Source: Nitrospirota bacterium (lineage in GTDB: Bacteria; Nitrospirota; Thermodesulfovibrionia; Thermodesulfovibrionales; Dissulfurispiraceae). Taken from it: a DNA stretch of 64,000 nucleotides. The stretch is from assembly GCA_963790025.1 (NCBI GenBank), contig CAWBMP010000004.1:864001-928000 (forward strand). Reading direction: 5' to 3'. The position numbers and the translations under genes are program-made. Positions 59,917 through 64,000 of this stretch are shown here, piece by piece; position 1 is the first letter of the stretch, and each line of letters starts with the position of its first letter. Below the pieces are notes generated by a model that made no database searches, was not told the DNA's origin, and saw nothing but the letters and a program-made list of their open reading frames with translations.

Positions 59917-61188
59917 TTACCTGTTAAGTGCTCTGTCTGCAATATCTTTTCTATAGTGCATGCCCTCAAACTTTATCTGCACGGCCGCTTTATACGCTTG
60001 CTCTTTTGCCTCCTTTATGTCTCTGCCGGTAGCCGTAACCCCCAGCACCCTGCCGCCGCTGGTGACAATATCGCCGTCATTGAATGTTGTGCCTGCATGA
60101 AACACGAAAACATTCTCCACCCCGTTGGCCTTTTCGAGTCCGCTTATCACCTTTCCCTTCTCATATATCCCGGGGTACCCTCCTGAGGCGAGTACAACAC
60201 ACACCGCCGCATCTTTTTTCCATTCGACCTTTATATCGGAAAGCCGTTCGTCCGCTATTGCCAGTGCAATATCCACAAAGTCCGTATCAAGTCTCGCAAG
60301 CACCGGCTGTGTCTCGGGGTCGCCCAGCCGGCAATTGAACTCCAGCACCGACGGTTTCCCGTCCTTGATCATCAAGCCGGCATAGAGAATGCCTTTGTAT
60401 TTTATTCCATCTTCCCTGAGCCCGTCGATTGTCGGTTGCATGACCTTTTCCATTACGAGGGTTTCCAGTTCTCCGGTAAGAACAGGAGCAGGGCTGTAGG
60501 CCCCCATCCCACCTGTGTTGGGACCCTTGTCATCATCAAAAACCCGTTTATGGTCCTGAGAACTTACCATCGGCACTATGGTACTGCCGTCGGTAAACAC
60601 CATGAACGACGCCTCCTCGCCTTGCAGACATTCCTCGACAATTACCCTGTTGCCCGCATCGCCGAATTCCCTGTCTTTCATAATGCGCTTTAGCGCCAGG
60701 ACCGCCTCATCCGTCGTGGCGGCGACAATAACTCCCTTGCCCGCGGCAAGGCCGTCGGCTTTTATTACAATAGGGGTGCCTTTCATCCTGACATAATCTT
60801 CGGCATGAAGATACGATGAAAAAACTTTGTATTCGGCACTCGGAATACGGTGTCTCCTCATAAATTCCTTTGAGAAAACCTTGCTCGCTTCGAGTTGGGC
60901 AGCAGCCTTTGTGGGCCCGATTATCTTCCTCCCTTCCCTCTCAAAGACATCGACAATCCCCCTGGAGAGGGGCTCTTCAGGTCCGACTATGGTGAGGTCT
61001 ATCCACTCATATCTGACAAGGTCGACCAGTTCATCAAAATTATTGCTGCTGATACCTATACACTCGGCCATTTCAGCGATTCCGGCATTGCCGGGAGCAC
61101 AGTAGATCTTGTCCACATGTCTTGATTGAGCGAGCTTCCAGACAATCGCATGTTCCCTTCCTCCGCCACCTATAACAAGAACCTTCAT
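59917..61188 (-). CDS. purD: Phosphoribosylamine-glycine ligase
   Basis: GGGGREH, KADGLAAGKGV, GPNTGGMG, EFN.R.GDPE and GGRVL; ATG 61188. Confidence 0.97.
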   Translation of the reverse strand: MKVLVIGGGGREHAIVWKLAQSRHVDKIYCAPGNAGIAEMAECIGISSNNFDELVDLVRYEWIDLTIVGPEEPLSRGIVDVFEREGRKIIGPTKAAAQLEASKVFSKEFMRRHRIPSAEYKVFSSYLHAEDYVRMKGTPIVIKADGLAAGKGVIVAATTDEAVLALKRIMKDREFGDAGNRVIVEECLQGEEASFMVFTDGSTIVPMVSSQDHKRVFDDDKGPNTGGMGAYSPAPVLTGELETLVMEKVMQPTIDGLREDGIKYKGILYAGLMIKDGKPSVLEFNCRLGDPETQPVLARLDTDFVDIALAIADERLSDIKVEWKKDAAVCVVLASGGYPGIYEKGKVISGLEKANGVENVFVFHAGTTFNDGDIVTSGGRVLGVTATGRDIKEAKEQAYKAAVQIKFEGMHYRKDIADRALNR

Positions 61189-61204
61189 TTTCCCCTCCCA
61201 AAAA

Positions 61205-61330
61205 GAAGTCAGCAAACAGTAAGCAGTATGAAGCAAGCAGAAAAAAATTACAAAAGTGTCGTCATTCCCGCGTAGGCGGGAATCCATTCTTTCATAGAAT
61301 TTACTGCTTACTGCCTGCTGCTTACTTTTT
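61205..61330. repeat. REP/dRS3-like palindrome nested in an inverted heptamer array
   Basis: gtcattcccgcgtaggcgggaatcc at 61261-61285, flanked by cagtaagcagta... and ...tactgcttactg. Confidence 0.7.
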
Positions 61331-62014
61331 TTATAGAATTCCTTTTTCCCTGAGGCTTACATAACTGCCGTCTCCGATAATTATGTGATCAAGTACCTGT
61401 ATGCCTATAATTTCACCTGCGCTTTTAAGCCGCCCTGTAACAGCGATGTCATCGCGGCTCGGGGCTGGATCACCGCTGGGATGGTTATGCACAAAAATGA
61501 CAGAGGCGGCAGATTCTCTTATCGCCTCCTTGAAGGCCTCACGGGGATGGATAAGAGAACCGGTCAACGTCCCCTCGGAAACCTTATGCTCGCGCAAAAA
61601 CCTGTTTTTCGCGTCTAGCAGCACAGCAATGAACAGCTCTTTTTTAAGGTTTTTGAATAGCGGGGAGAAGTGTTCATGTATCGAATGGCTTGATGAGAAT
61701 ACCGGCTCACCGTCTGAGGATTCACCCATCAGACGCTTGCCCAGCTCAAATGCCGCTTTGATCTGGGCTATCTTGGCCGTCCCAAGTCCTTTTATAGAGG
61801 ATAGTTCCGCAGCAGAAGCGGCATGAATGCTTCTTAACGATTTGAACTTTTCAAGTAGCGCTATGGAGAGGTCCAATACTCCTTTCTCACCGCTGCCCGT
61901 CCTCAGGATGATGGCAAGCAGTTGTGCGTCAGAAAGGTTCCCGGCGCCGTATTTGATAAGTCGCTCTCTCGGACGCTCGTTCTCGGGCCAGCTTGTCATC
62001 TTCAGCTCCGGCAT
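61331..62014 (-). CDS. radC: RadC/JAB-domain protein
   Basis: RPRERL, HhH (IKGLG.AK), HPRE and HNHPSG..PS..D...LDH. Confidence 0.93.
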   Translation of the reverse strand: MPELKMTSWPENERPRERLIKYGAGNLSDAQLLAIILRTGSGEKGVLDLSIALLEKFKSLRSIHAASAAELSSIKGLGTAKIAQIKAAFELGKRLMGESSDGEPVFSSSHSIHEHFSPLFKNLKKELFIAVLLDAKNRFLREHKVSEGTLTGSLIHPREAFKEAIRESAASVIFVHNHPSGDPAPSRDDIAVTGRLKSAGEIIGIQVLDHIIIGDGSYVSLREKGIL

Positions 62015-62017
62015 TTT

Positions 62018-63982
62018 TTATTTCACCCGTGCACCCTGGAGCACGTCCCTGTCCAGGCCCAGCACCGACATCGTCCCGCCTTCGTCCGTGGCCGCAAGAA
62101 GCATACCCTGCGATTCTATGCCCATGAGCTTTGCGGGTTTCAGGTTTGCCACGACAACGATTTTTTTCCCGACAAGGTATTCAGGATCATATGCCTTTCC
62201 TATTCCCGCTACTATCTGTCTTTCTTCACCGGTATCTACTTTCAGTTTTATGAGTTTCTCCGATTTCTCTACCCGCTCTGCGCTGAGCACCAGCCCCACC
62301 TTGAGTTGTATCTTTACAAATTCTTCCATACCGATTAATTCGGTCGCCGCGGCTACACCCTGTTCAGTCACTTTAATTTTCTCCTTTGTCTTTTCCGCTT
62401 TCTGTTCCTTCTCTTCGGGTTTTTCGATCCTCGGGAAGAGATGCTCCCCTCTTGCGACCTTTATAGGGTATGCTGGTTTCCAGTCCCAATAGATAATAGT
62501 GCTTTGCCGGACTTCTTCAACCAATGATTGAAGTCCTAATTGCTTCCATATATTCTCTGCTGTCCAGGGCATAAAAGGATACAGCGAAAGAGCAGTCAAT
62601 CTCAATGCATTCCAAAGATTAGAAATAACTATCTTAAGTTCAGATGGATCGCTTTTGGCAAGCTTCCAGGGTTCCTTTTGCGCAATATGGTTATTAGCTT
62701 CACTGATGATATGCCAGATATTATCAAGGACCGCGTTGAACTGCAGCCGCTTCCAGTATTCCTCTTTACGTGCATTCAGACATGCATCACTGCACTGCCT
62801 TGAAAACTCGCCGTTCCCGCGCCCAACTTTATCATCCGCCTGCGGCAAATTGATATGCCCTCCAAAGTATTTTTCGGCCATGGTCAGAAACCTGCTGAGC
62901 AGGTTTCCCAGGTCGTTTGCCAGATCGGTATTTATACGCCGTATCAATGCATCTTCAGAGAAGTCACCATCAAGGCCGAATGACACCTCTCTGAAAAGAA
63001 AATATCTGAAGGCATCAACACCATATTTATCAGCCATATCATTAGGATCAACCACATTGCCCACGGACTTGGACATTTTCTTTCCATCGACGGTCCACCA
63101 GCCATGGGCAAAAATATTTCCGGGAAGGTCCATCCCCAATGCCATGAGCATAGTGGACCAATAGACTGCATGAGTGGTAAGGATATCCTTTCCCACCAGG
63201 TGGTGCGACGCCGGCCACCAGCTACCGGACGAGACAGGCGGAGCAAGGTATTGCGTTGCGGAAAAATAATTTACCAGTGCGTCGAACCAGACATATGTTA
63301 CGAAATTCTCGTCAAAAGGAAGGGGTATCCCCCAGGAAAGCCTGCTTTTCGGTCTTGATATGCAGAGGTCTCCAAGGGTATTGTTCTGGAGGAAGCCCAG
63401 CACCTCATTTTTGCGGGTATGCGGGAGTATATAATCAGGATGTACCTTATCGATATACTCGATCAATCTATCCTGATATTTTGACATAAGAAAGAAATAG
63501 TTCTCCTCGTATATCTGTTCAACAGGTCTGCCGCAATCGGGGCAGTTGCCTTCAATGAGATCTTTCTCGGTCCAGAACCGCTCGTCAGGAACACAGTACC
63601 ACCCTGAGTAGCTCCGCTTTTCAATTTCTCCGCGGTCATACAATATCTGCAGGAACTCCTGGACCGATTTTATATGCCTGGTATCGGTGGTACGTATAAA
63701 AGCGTCATTTGAGATGTTTAATTTGTGCCAGAGCAGCTTGAAATTCTGCACCATTATATCTGCATGCTCTTTGGGAGACTTGCCCCTCTCTGCCGCGGCC
63801 TTCTCAACCTTTTGCCCGTGCTCATCCGTGCCGGTCAGAAAAAATACCTCATCTCCTTTCAGGCGGTGATAGCGGGCAAGGATATCCGCCGCAATAGTAG
63901 TATATGCATGTCCAATATGAGGTATGTCGTTCACATAATAAATGGGCGTAGTAACATAAAAACTCTTGCCGCTTAAACTCAT
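62018..63982 (-). CDS. metG: Methionyl-tRNA synthetase with C-terminal tRNA-binding domain
   Basis: TTPIYY, HIGH, GTDEHG, YVWFDAL, KMSKS and NLKPAKLMG.ESQGM. Confidence 0.97.
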   Translation of the reverse strand: MSLSGKSFYVTTPIYYVNDIPHIGHAYTTIAADILARYHRLKGDEVFFLTGTDEHGQKVEKAAAERGKSPKEHADIMVQNFKLLWHKLNISNDAFIRTTDTRHIKSVQEFLQILYDRGEIEKRSYSGWYCVPDERFWTEKDLIEGNCPDCGRPVEQIYEENYFFLMSKYQDRLIEYIDKVHPDYILPHTRKNEVLGFLQNNTLGDLCISRPKSRLSWGIPLPFDENFVTYVWFDALVNYFSATQYLAPPVSSGSWWPASHHLVGKDILTTHAVYWSTMLMALGMDLPGNIFAHGWWTVDGKKMSKSVGNVVDPNDMADKYGVDAFRYFLFREVSFGLDGDFSEDALIRRINTDLANDLGNLLSRFLTMAEKYFGGHINLPQADDKVGRGNGEFSRQCSDACLNARKEEYWKRLQFNAVLDNIWHIISEANNHIAQKEPWKLAKSDPSELKIVISNLWNALRLTALSLYPFMPWTAENIWKQLGLQSLVEEVRQSTIIYWDWKPAYPIKVARGEHLFPRIEKPEEKEQKAEKTKEKIKVTEQGVAAATELIGMEEFVKIQLKVGLVLSAERVEKSEKLIKLKVDTGEERQIVAGIGKAYDPEYLVGKKIVVVANLKPAKLMGIESQGMLLAATDEGGTMSVLGLDRDVLQGARVK

Positions 63983-64000
63983 TTTTTGGAACCTCTCCTT

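Noticed and set aside
61189..61287. N-terminal extension of PurD (MDSRLRGND...)
   Set aside because: It is a translation of the REP-like palindrome and heptamer repeats; the true start is ATG 61188 after GGAGG.
61331..62014. radC as a mobile-element marker
   Set aside because: It is the full-length HhH+JAB form within the metG-radC-purD housekeeping run.

Overview
Bacterial chromosomal window. The gene content (selB, c7-type cytochromes, split atpB-atpE, many HK/GAF/c-di-GMP genes) suggests an anaerobic Nitrospirota/Deltaproteobacteria-like organism; this is inference only. Most of the window is housekeeping: ispDF, degP-like, selB, hisH, uvrD-like, xseAB, ettA, ilvE, gatAB, rluD, purH, atpBE, purD, radC, metG, tRNA-Arg(ACG) and tRNA-Ala(GGC). 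Two accessory regions stand out. (1) 15.4-28.3 kb is a self-contained c-di-GMP signalling locus with three orphan ABC-type binding proteins, two kinases with paralogous sensor domains, REC-GAF-GGDEF, REC-GAF-HD-GYP, Zn-ribbon-PilZ, a GAF-GAF protein and an AEC permease. (2) 42.8-53.9 kb is a tRNA-Ala integration hotspot with three copies of the tRNA 3' half. It holds an apparently intact ~7.9-kb element (tyrosine integrase, Xis-like HTH, Rep_trans-type initiator, small Cys-rich genes, RHH-like regulator, two cargo genes) and remnants of two older elements. The best candidate for an undescribed system is the cargo gene: a ~967-aa protein with 11 near-identical 123-bp TPR-like repeats that vary almost only at predicted ligand-groove positions, fused to an HxHxDH metallo-beta-lactamase-fold hydrolase. 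Both cargo genes end in the same 26-bp motif, which hints at cassette-like exchange.
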